DNA of 64,000 nucleotides from Candidatus Thorarchaeota archaeon (lineage in GTDB: Archaea > Asgardarchaeota > Thorarchaeia > Thorarchaeales > Thorarchaeaceae). The notes beneath the pieces were generated by a model. The model saw only the letters and a program-made list of their open reading frames with translations, was not told the origin of the DNA and made no database searches. Where the stretch lies: contig JAFGAR010000146.1 in assembly GCA_016933575.1 (NCBI GenBank), positions 50,130 through 114,129 of the forward strand, written 5' to 3'. The translations under genes were made by a program, and so were the position numbers. Positions within the stretch are counted from its first letter, which is position 1. Every line of letters starts with the position of its first letter. Of the stretch, positions 10,095-17,785 are shown one piece after another.

Positions 10095-10177
10095 TATGCA
10101 GATAAAGACCCACTCTGTCCTCTAGTAATAGTTATAATCAGGACTTTGGCAGTTAGAGGCATTCAGGTGGGATATGA

Positions 10178-10861
10178 TTGGATAATATAGAAACACCAGT
10201 TGTCATTATCAATCTGAAGACGTACTCACAAGCTACCGGCGAGAAGGCAGTCCTGATGGCTCAGGCTTGCGAGAGGGTCTCAAATGAATATGATGTTCCA
10301 ATAGTTGTAGCACCACAAATGCCAGATCTATATCGTGTTGCTAAGGCTGTTGAGATACCTGTGTTTTCGCAGCATATGGACCCTGGGGAACCTGGACGTT
10401 TTACTGGGCATGTTTTGGGTGAAGCACTTGTCGAATCTGGATGTGCTGGAACCCTTCTCAATCACTCTGAGCATAGAATGCAATTAGCAGATATTGAAGA
10501 AGCGATTCAAATTGCACATAAACTCCATCTCTATTCTGTAGTGTGCACAAACAACATTCAGGTAAGTGTTGCTGCAGCATGCATGAGACCTTGGTCAGTT
10601 GCTGTGGAACCTCCAGAATTGATAGGGTCTGGAATATCTGTTTCTCAAGCTCAGCCTGAGATCATCTCTGGTACAGTGAAAAAGATACGGGCAGTTAACA
10701 AGGACGTAGTGATACTCTGTGGTGCAGGTATCAGCAATGGTGAAGACGTTACTTCAGCTATAAAACTCGGTGCACAGGGAGTCCTGCTTGCCTCTGCAGT
10801 TGCCAAATCACCAAAGCCAGAATCTGTTCTTGCTGATCTCGTAGGTCCCTTGAGCAAATAG
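10178..10861 (+). CDS. tpiA: Triosephosphate isomerase (archaeal type)
   Basis: INLKTY, LLNHSE, AVEPPELIGSG, LCGAGI, GVLLAS. Confidence 0.96.
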   Translation: MDNIETPVVIINLKTYSQATGEKAVLMAQACERVSNEYDVPIVVAPQMPDLYRVAKAVEIPVFSQHMDPGEPGRFTGHVLGEALVESGCAGTLLNHSEHRMQLADIEEAIQIAHKLHLYSVVCTNNIQVSVAAACMRPWSVAVEPPELIGSGISVSQAQPEIISGTVKKIRAVNKDVVILCGAGISNGEDVTSAIKLGAQGVLLASAVAKSPKPESVLADLVGPLSK

Positions 10862-10915
10862 CACCTTCCGGTTCATTTTTCACTGGTTCTGGAAGTGGCT
10901 CCTTAGGCGATATCA

Positions 10916-11797
10916 GTGAAAGTTTCTCTAGAATGCGCGCATTGTCTCTTGGAACGGGCGGGGAATCAGGTACGATTAGCCACTGATGATCCAGATCTTC
11001 AGATGCGAGTCATTCAAGCCATGACAAAGTTTCTGGGAGAGAACTTTGATAGTGATGCGGTACCCAGTCATATTGGAACTGATAGAGACCTCCTTGTGCA
11101 GCGTATGACTGGAAGGGACCCGTATAAGGATTTGAAGCATCAATCCAATGTAATGGCTCTTAGCATCCTTCCTGAATTGTTGCAGCTAGTTGATGAGAAA
11201 GATGGTTCTGAGTCAAGATTCAGGACCGCGACTCTAATTGCAGCAGCAGCCAATTCAATTGAGTTTGATGTATCCGGTCGAGAATTCAGTCTTAGCGAGT
11301 TAAAGACAATTATTGAGAATGTTGAAGCTGATTTGGCCTTGGACCAAGTAGACGAATTCCGAGAACTTTGTAAAACCGCTCAGAACGTTCTCTATCTCAT
11401 GGACAATGCTGGAGAGGTTGTCTTGGATATGATCTTGATCCGCGAGATCAAGAGGTTGGGTCCAAAGGTAACCGCAGTGGTGAAGGGTGGACCAATCCTC
11501 AATGATGCAACTATGATTGATGCAGATGAAGTCGGCCTTGGAGAGTATGCAGACGATGTTGTGGATACTGGAGCTCCAGCCATTGGCGTGAATCTAGAGC
11601 GAAACTCACAGGAGTTCAAAGAACTTCTCTCATCATCAGAATTGATAGTAGCAAAAGGAATGGGCAATTTTGAGTCAATGACAGAGTTTGAACCAAGTTC
11701 TCCAACGGTTCATATAATGCGAACAAAGTGTAATCCTGTTGCCAGACATGTGGGTGTTCCGAAGAACAAGAATGTGGTGTTGATCAGAAGTCCATAG
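10916..11797 (+). CDS. DUF89/ARMT1-like damage-control phosphatase
   Basis: EC.HC N-terminus, DPY..LK...N, DNAGE, P.LNDAT, AKGMGNFES, KC. Confidence 0.9.
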   Translation: MKVSLECAHCLLERAGNQVRLATDDPDLQMRVIQAMTKFLGENFDSDAVPSHIGTDRDLLVQRMTGRDPYKDLKHQSNVMALSILPELLQLVDEKDGSESRFRTATLIAAAANSIEFDVSGREFSLSELKTIIENVEADLALDQVDEFRELCKTAQNVLYLMDNAGEVVLDMILIREIKRLGPKVTAVVKGGPILNDATMIDADEVGLGEYADDVVDTGAPAIGVNLERNSQEFKELLSSSELIVAKGMGNFESMTEFEPSSPTVHIMRTKCNPVARHVGVPKNKNVVLIRSP

Positions 11798-11805
11798 TAA
11801 ACATG

Positions 11806-12636
11806 TTATGCCATATCTTCCGTGTATGGTCTCAAGCCCAGAGTGAGTGGTGAAGATGCCATGAACTCGATCTTCAACTCTGGAAAATCAAGACTGATAC
11901 TATCTCTGAGTCGTTTCATCCCAGGGTCTTCAGTCACGAAGGCACCTAGTTCTATAGTATTAATTCCCTCCTCATTCGCAAGTAATCTGATCTCAGGAGC
12001 AAGTTCGCCTGTGACGATTGTCTGGATGTCTTGTTTCTTTGCATTGATTATATCTGGCATGTCTACTACGCTACCAGCTATTAGGAGAAATTCTTCCACT
12101 TCGTCATCAAGGTCTCCGCTGAAAAAGACCGTATTGAGTCCCATCTTGGAGGCTATATAATTTGCAAAGCCAGAATGATTCTTCACACCTGGAGGATTGC
12201 AGATTCTACCGAATGGTTCTTGTTGACCAAAGTCACTCTCAACAAAGAAGTCTCCTGATTTCTCTATTCCAAGTGTGTCGACAAGAGCATCATTCATCCC
12301 ATCTCTCGCGCAGAGCCAACCACTTCCAATAGTGTAGGTAGAGATGTAATTCTTAGTCAGAAGACGTACACGAACAAGATCAAGTCCTGACAGTCTATCA
12401 ACGACGAACGGAAATAGAGGGCGATATGTGATAATGAGGTTTGATTTGTCCTGGGAGGCTTTTGTTACTGCTCTCGCAGAGAGATAGGAAACCACTAGAA
12501 TCTTGTTGACCGTCGTGTTTGCCTGTTCTGTAACAGTCTGAGGTCCCACTTCCACCCGATTCTCCATTCCGCGAAGCACTTTGTCGGAAGGCGAGAGTTC
12601 TTGAAGCCGTTTTAGAATTTGAAGTAAACTTGTCAT
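11806..12636 (-). CDS. Nif3/YbgI-like protein with degenerate metal-binding motifs
   Basis: Overall Nif3 layout, but ITYRPLF replaces HHP and ELGAFVTE replaces GHYATE. Confidence 0.75.
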   Translation of the reverse strand: MTSLLQILKRLQELSPSDKVLRGMENRVEVGPQTVTEQANTTVNKILVVSYLSARAVTKASQDKSNLIITYRPLFPFVVDRLSGLDLVRVRLLTKNYISTYTIGSGWLCARDGMNDALVDTLGIEKSGDFFVESDFGQQEPFGRICNPPGVKNHSGFANYIASKMGLNTVFFSGDLDDEVEEFLLIAGSVVDMPDIINAKKQDIQTIVTGELAPEIRLLANEEGINTIELGAFVTEDPGMKRLRDSISLDFPELKIEFMASSPLTLGLRPYTEDMA

Positions 12637-12727
12637 ACCTACTCTCCTCTTCTGCAGTGGTCAGATTGCTAATGGGTAATATCCGTCTTATTCTTTTTGA
12701 TGATTGGCGATATGAAGTTCTTCTTAA

Positions 12728-13096
12728 TTAATCGGATGCATCCTCATTTTCTTCAAAGTCTTCATCCAGATCTTCATCATCATAAGAGTAGAGCTCTTCT
12801 AGTTCGTCATCGATTTCTTCGACTTCTTCCAGAACTTCTCCGATTACTGGTTCCTCATCAATGACTTCAAGTTCTGGCTCCTTGACTTTCTTTTCCTTCT
12901 CAGGTTTTGCTTTCTTCTCAATCTTACCCTTGGTATCTGCTTTCTTCTCTGGTACTACAGCCCTCTTCTTCATCTTCCAATATTCTGTCTTTGCGGATCT
13001 CTTTCTACCCATGATTTTGTAGTCAATCTGCTCTGGATTCTGAAGATTTCTAAGTCTAGTCCGTTCACGTTTGAGGGTCTTATCTCTGTTCACCAT
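12728..13096 (-). CDS. Hypothetical highly charged protein (basic N-terminal half, acidic C-terminal tail)
   Basis: GGTGA RBS-like site upstream; K/R-rich then D/E-rich composition. Confidence 0.65.
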   Translation of the reverse strand: MVNRDKTLKRERTRLRNLQNPEQIDYKIMGRKRSAKTEYWKMKKRAVVPEKKADTKGKIEKKAKPEKEKKVKEPELEVIDEEPVIGEVLEEVEEIDDELEELYSYDDEDLDEDFEENEDASD

Positions 13097-13236
13097 CGAC
13101 TATCACCGTCGCGTTCCTGCGGAGTCCTCTGATTTGTTTTATAACTGTGTCGAAAGAGAGAGAAGACAACCCTTTTGTCCTTGGTCTACTCTCAATAATT
13201 GTCTTAAGCTTCGACTTCAGTATAGGAGAAGGAATA

Positions 13237-13758
13237 ATGCCAAAGAAAGGTGTTGATGATACAATAAGCATTCGAGTGCGTCTTGAGAAATCGCTCATAG
13301 ATCGACTTGACAAGGCGGTTGGCGAGGGAAATCGTCAACGATTCATCAGAGATGCAGTTGAATGGCGTTTGGACGAGGAACTTCCACCAATCTATTATGA
13401 ACTATCTGAGGAATTGGCACAACTCAACGTACGTGTTGCACATCTAGAAAAATCTCAATCAACTAGTGTCTTTCTTGGCGAACTCAACACTACTACTAAT
13501 GATCAGATCTGTGCTGATGACCTAGATCGTAAATTACTAGCCTTCTTTATTCGAAATGAGGGTGGAACCACTCCTGAACTGGCAGAGCATCTCCTCGGGG
13601 ACTCTGGCAAGCGACGAACAATTCTTGATAGGATCGATAGATTGAACACACGGGCTCAGGAACTAATCGGTTCTCCCGTCCTCGAATACAAGAAGGGGTT
13701 TGTTAAGGACAAACGCGGTGCTTGGTGGCTTGTCGACCCAACATCTATTATGACATAG
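13237..13758 (+). CDS. RHH + coiled-coil + wHTH putative DNA-binding protein
   Basis: ISIRVRLEKSLIDRLDKAVG..NRQRFIRDAV (RHH); C-terminal DRKLLAFFIRNEGGTTPELAEHL (HTH-like); AGGAG RBS before ATG 13237. Confidence 0.7.
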   Translation: MPKKGVDDTISIRVRLEKSLIDRLDKAVGEGNRQRFIRDAVEWRLDEELPPIYYELSEELAQLNVRVAHLEKSQSTSVFLGELNTTTNDQICADDLDRKLLAFFIRNEGGTTPELAEHLLGDSGKRRTILDRIDRLNTRAQELIGSPVLEYKKGFVKDKRGAWWLVDPTSIMT

Positions 13759-13811
13759 TATACATGTCTTCGGAGCAAATCCTTTAAGAAACTCTGTTCT
13801 CATTGGCACTT

Positions 13812-13889
13812 GGGGCCGTAGTCTAGCCTGGATAAGGCACCAGCCTCCGGAGTTGGTAATCCCCGGTTCGAATCCGGGCGGTCCCGCCA
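13812..13889 (+). tRNA. tRNA-Arg(CCG)
   Basis: Cloverleaf GGGGCCG...CGGTCCC-G-CCA; anticodon loop CT-CCG-GA (13847-13849); T-arm CCCGG-TTCGAAT-CCGGG; no intron. Confidence 0.96.
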
Positions 13890-13967
13890 CCCATTTTGAA
13901 ATTACTAAGCTCAATCTGACTTTATATACCTCCTCTCGGCAGTAACTTTTGAATTGAGGTTTCAAAA

Positions 13968-14174
13968 ATGACCACATTAAGCGAATATCGCACAGACGAA
14001 GAACGGGTTGTGGCACGCTTTACAAAATATCTCAATGGTCCTATGGGTCGCACAGTTCTTGATAATTTGGATGATGGAGAGCATTTTATCCTCCAGACCT
14101 CCCAGCATACCCTAAAGGTGACCAAACAACGTGGTCGTGCAGTGGTATCAATAATCCGGGTTCCTCTAGTCTAA
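13968..14174 (+). CDS. Small hypothetical protein (68 aa) between the two tRNA-Arg genes
   Basis: TTTATATA box at 13921 and GAGGT RBS near 13956; globular-looking composition. Confidence 0.65.
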   Translation: MTTLSEYRTDEERVVARFTKYLNGPMGRTVLDNLDDGEHFILQTSQHTLKVTKQRGRAVVSIIRVPLV

Positions 14175-14262
14175 TCTTTGAACAATTCTTGATTGTGCAT
14201 TCTTGTATGTGAAAGATTTCACAACGAAGACTTTATGAGTCAAATCTAGCCCCCCGAGTAAT

Positions 14263-14340
14263 GGGGCCGTAGTCTAGCCTGGATAAGGCACCAGCCTGCG
14301 GAGTTGGTAATCCCCGGTTCGAATCCGGGCGGTCCCGCCA
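14263..14340 (+). tRNA. tRNA-Arg(GCG)
   Basis: Identical to 13812-13889 except the first anticodon base; anticodon GCG at 14298-14300; encoded CCA. Confidence 0.96.
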
Positions 14341-14462
14341 TTTATTCTATATCATCTCTAACCAATGTACTCGACACGAAGCTTAAATGGGCTATTAAAA
14401 TCGGTAACAATGTAACTGGCTGCTGATAGCGACCAATGACCACACGGTGAGAAGATGATCAG

Positions 14463-15590
14463 ATGATATACACTCCCCAACGATTAGAACGTGTGTATCG
14501 TTCCATGAATCGCGAAGAGATTGATGTCCTCATAGTCACACGAAGGCAAGATGTTCAGTATCTCACTGGATTTCAGAGTGGTGGTCATAATCTTCCAATT
14601 GGTTGCATAATCTCAGAGGGAAATCAACCTCATTTGGTAGTTTCCAACGCGCTCGAAACAACCATAGCTAATGAAGCGATTATGGCAAAAGTACACTCTT
14701 TTAGTACTGATGCATCTGAAGACTGGTTCCGTGCCCATGGTAACGCCTTCTGGGAAGAAGTTGTTAAGATACTCACAGAAAATGGTCAGATAAAAGGAAT
14801 GATTGGTCTTCAACATGATTGGCTATCAGTCCGTGAATTTGAGAAGATCAAATCTAGTCTACCAAATGCTGGCTTTCGGGATTTCTCTTTACCACTCTGG
14901 AGAATCCGGCATATCAAGGACGCTGCGGAAATCGAGGCTATTCGTCAAGCAGTCAATGTTGCAGAGATTGGTATCAGAACCGCTCTGGAAATTGTCGCAT
15001 CTGGAAAATCTGAGGATGAGGCATCTCTTGAGATTGAGGCTGCAATGCGAAGTGCAGGCGGGCAACAACGAGGAATTCGTGCTGCTGTCCTATCCGGAAC
15101 TCATGCACGTTATCCCTCTGCACAACCTGGACCTGAGCGCATTAAGAATGAGGACTTTGTCGTTCTCGATATCACAGTGAGCCATTCAGGCTATTTTGCT
15201 GAGATCACACGTACCATACACCTTGGTTCTCCAACAGAAAAACAAAGAAAACTCTATGAGTATGTTGTCAATACGATCAACACCGCCCAGCGAGTGATGC
15301 AACCTGAAACAAGTATCAGCGATGTGGCGGCTCAGATAATCAAGAAAGTAGGAAAAGCATTTCCTCCAGAGACCCTCATACAACCAATCGGGAGTTCTAT
15401 CGGTCTTGATCTTCGAGAACCCCCCTACATATCTCCAGATAGCCAATTCTCATTACGGGCGGGTATGGTATTCACAATCCATCCAACAGGATACATTCCT
15501 GATGTAGGTTCTGCGAAGGTAGCAGATGTTCTATTGGTCACACAAGATGGTGTTGAGAATCTGGGTTCTCTTGCTCGTGAAACTATGTAA
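14463..15590 (+). CDS. M24 Xaa-Pro aminopeptidase/prolidase-fold protein lacking most metal ligands
   Basis: Creatinase_N-like YLTGF, R.IKD..EI, LDIT, YFAEITRT; His and two Glu ligands substituted. Confidence 0.8.
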   Translation: MIYTPQRLERVYRSMNREEIDVLIVTRRQDVQYLTGFQSGGHNLPIGCIISEGNQPHLVVSNALETTIANEAIMAKVHSFSTDASEDWFRAHGNAFWEEVVKILTENGQIKGMIGLQHDWLSVREFEKIKSSLPNAGFRDFSLPLWRIRHIKDAAEIEAIRQAVNVAEIGIRTALEIVASGKSEDEASLEIEAAMRSAGGQQRGIRAAVLSGTHARYPSAQPGPERIKNEDFVVLDITVSHSGYFAEITRTIHLGSPTEKQRKLYEYVVNTINTAQRVMQPETSISDVAAQIIKKVGKAFPPETLIQPIGSSIGLDLREPPYISPDSQFSLRAGMVFTIHPTGYIPDVGSAKVADVLLVTQDGVENLGSLARETM

Positions 15591-16124
15591 TCAGGTAGAT
15601 TGTTGCCAACGCTTTAATTTCTGAAATACATGTGCGATGGCCTCTACTCTGGTATTATGTTTATCAACTTCTTCACGAGAGAGTTCTCGAATTTGAGCAG
15701 CGGGAGCTCCAGAATTGAGACTACGTGGAGGGATGACAACATTTGATGGTACAATACTTCCTGGAGCGAGCATGACGCCTTCACCAAGAGTCGCTCCGTC
15801 AAAGATCACACAACCATCTCCTATATTCGCGCTATCACCAATATAGACGCCATGAATTACTGCAGCTGTACCAATGATAGTATTGTTGCCGATAATAGTC
15901 GGATTATCTTCACTATGAGCATGAATTACTGCGCTATCTTGCACACAGGTATTTTCGCCAATTCTTACAGACGCAAAGTCTCCACGTATCACAGCACCTG
16001 GCCAGATACTTGCTCGAGGACCTATATCGACATCACCAACAATTGTTGCCTGTGGACTAACGAAGGCTTTTGAGTCAATCTTGGGGCTCTTATCTCCAAA
16101 GGGTAATATTGGCACATCTTGCAC
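15591..16124 (-). CDS. Gamma-carbonic anhydrase family (YrdA/CaiE-like) hexapeptide-repeat protein
   Basis: IVGDV.IG..ASIWPGAVIRGD...VRIGENT.VQD..VIH. Confidence 0.88.
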   Translation of the reverse strand: MQDVPILPFGDKSPKIDSKAFVSPQATIVGDVDIGPRASIWPGAVIRGDFASVRIGENTCVQDSAVIHAHSEDNPTIIGNNTIIGTAAVIHGVYIGDSANIGDGCVIFDGATLGEGVMLAPGSIVPSNVVIPPRSLNSGAPAAQIRELSREEVDKHNTRVEAIAHVFQKLKRWQQST

Positions 16125-16191
16125 CTCTCAACCTATTCTGATTCACACCAGTCTCGCTGTCTAATAAAACATCATGTGCTCTATTAGAAGG

Positions 16192-16560
16192 TTAATTCAG
16201 TAGTGCTGATATGGCAAGTTCGAAATGTTCCGCAGGTCTCAGACCAATTAGTCTATCATGAACAGTCACCTGACCAGTTGATGGATTCTTGATCTCAAGT
16301 CTTGCTGGTTTCCCATCAAAGAACATGAGAACACATGGAATACCTCGAATCTCATTCATGATTGCGTATTCTCGATACTTGTCTGTATTTACTTTCAAGA
16401 ATTGGACATCTTCATTATCCTTGTATTTTATCTCAAGTTCATCGAGTATTGGACCTAGTGCTTTGCAGGGTCCACACCACTCAGCCCAGCAATCAACAAA
16501 GAGTAACCGTGTTTTTTTCTTTGCGAGTTCGACATCATCAGGGGATACATCTCTTACCAT
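16192..16560 (-). CDS. Thioredoxin (WCGPC)
   Basis: VDCWAEWCGPC, cis-Pro motif GIP. Confidence 0.92.
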   Translation of the reverse strand: MVRDVSPDDVELAKKKTRLLFVDCWAEWCGPCKALGPILDELEIKYKDNEDVQFLKVNTDKYREYAIMNEIRGIPCVLMFFDGKPARLEIKNPSTGQVTVHDRLIGLRPAEHFELAISALLN

Positions 16561-16684
16561 AGGGGGTTACACCATCTGAGTTTCTTTCTTGTGAGGCTAA
16601 GAATGTTCCCCCACTCTCATTAAGACAAATATCTTTTCTTAACAAGATGAATTTAGGAGGAGTTGAAAAGAAGAAATGACCTTA

Positions 16685-16707
16685 AGGAGAAGGATAGTCC
16701 TTCTCCT
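16685..16707 (-). terminator. Perfect 10-bp hairpin downstream of the 16723-17085 thioredoxin gene
   Basis: AGGAGAAGGA-TAG-TCCTTCTCCT, followed by a T-rich tract on the minus strand. Confidence 0.55.
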
Positions 16708-16722
16708 CATCACTGATAGATT

Positions 16723-17085
16723 TTATGCGGCTATTTGTGCAAGAAGGTCGTTTGCTATCTGTTCATAGATCTCAGCTGGCATTACACCAACAAGTTTGTC
16801 AGTCTTCTTGCCATAACCATCGTCGAAGATAACTCTCTTGCCCTCGGCATAGACCAGAACGCTTGGAACACCAGTAATCTGATTCTCCATGCTGAATTCC
16901 CTGTTATGGTCAACGTCTATCTTTACTACCTTCAGTCCTTTGTCTTGATATTTGTCGTGTACTTCTTCGAGAATTGGGCCAAGTGTTCTGCAAGGCATGC
17001 ACCAGACCGCATGACAGTCCACGAATACTACCTTGTTATCTGAGATTATTTGGTCTAGCTCCGTTGAGCTGATGTCTTCAACCAT
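16723..17085 (-). CDS. Thioredoxin paralog (WCMPC)
   Basis: VDCHAVWCMPC, GVP; start set at ATG 17085 with GGAG upstream. Confidence 0.9.
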   Translation of the reverse strand: MVEDISSTELDQIISDNKVVFVDCHAVWCMPCRTLGPILEEVHDKYQDKGLKVVKIDVDHNREFSMENQITGVPSVLVYAEGKRVIFDDGYGKKTDKLVGVMPAEIYEQIANDLLAQIAA

Positions 17086-17163
17086 TATGATCAAACTCCG
17101 CTTTGTACGGGTCGGTTGTGCAAATTTACAACACAACCGTTTTAAGTATTGCGTTATATCCAA

Positions 17164-17652
17164 TCATATTTTGATGGATTTTCCACAGTTCTGACAAATG
17201 ACCTCTTCATTGTTTATAGAGTCAAGATCGTATGCATATGATGCTCTACAATATACACATTTGATTTGAGATAGGTTCTTCCCGGTAGTAGGTGTTTCTT
17301 GTTCTTGTGCATATATGTAGGGTTTTGGCCAGATAAGCACAAGAAACTGGATACAAAATACAACTGGAAGACCCAGACCTATTCCTGTTGGTAGAAGGAT
17401 TGCCAGTAATCCTACTACCCAAAACAGACCGATAATCCGCGAATTGAATTCCCATTCTGGTCTTAGGAACCAGAACATAAGGAAGGGGATTAAATCAATG
17501 AGGAAGAGAATGAAATACAGTGAACCTAGTGACCAACCATAATACACAACATAGTCTGGATATATCATTGAACCATTCAATAGCAGCATCATTCGAGCAA
17601 AATGAGTTCCTATTGTTGCAGTCTGGATGTTCGTCTTGTAATCTTTAAACAT
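17164..17652 (-). CDS. Membrane protein with C-terminal zinc ribbon
   Basis: 3-4 hydrophobic helices, then CVYC...CQNCG. Confidence 0.7.
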   Translation of the reverse strand: MFKDYKTNIQTATIGTHFARMMLLLNGSMIYPDYVVYYGWSLGSLYFILFLIDLIPFLMFWFLRPEWEFNSRIIGLFWVVGLLAILLPTGIGLGLPVVFCIQFLVLIWPKPYIYAQEQETPTTGKNLSQIKCVYCRASYAYDLDSINNEEVICQNCGKSIKI

Positions 17653-17785
17653 ACAAATTTCCCTCTATCTCATTAAGAACTGTGAAGATATATCATGTAT
17701 TCGGGAAGTCTTCTTCCTTCCATTTTCACGGTGCCAAAGTTTGATAAGCCCAAGAACTTTCCGGTCATGGAATCTGGTGGTAATT

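Noticed and set aside
13812-14340. tRNA direct repeat as attL/attR of an integrated element
   Set aside because: Both copies are complete tRNAs with different anticodons, and no integrase lies between or nearby
16660-16722. Hairpin after thioredoxin as a SECIS element
   Set aside because: Neither thioredoxin has an in-frame UGA, and the hairpin lacks SECIS geometry; it fits a terminator better
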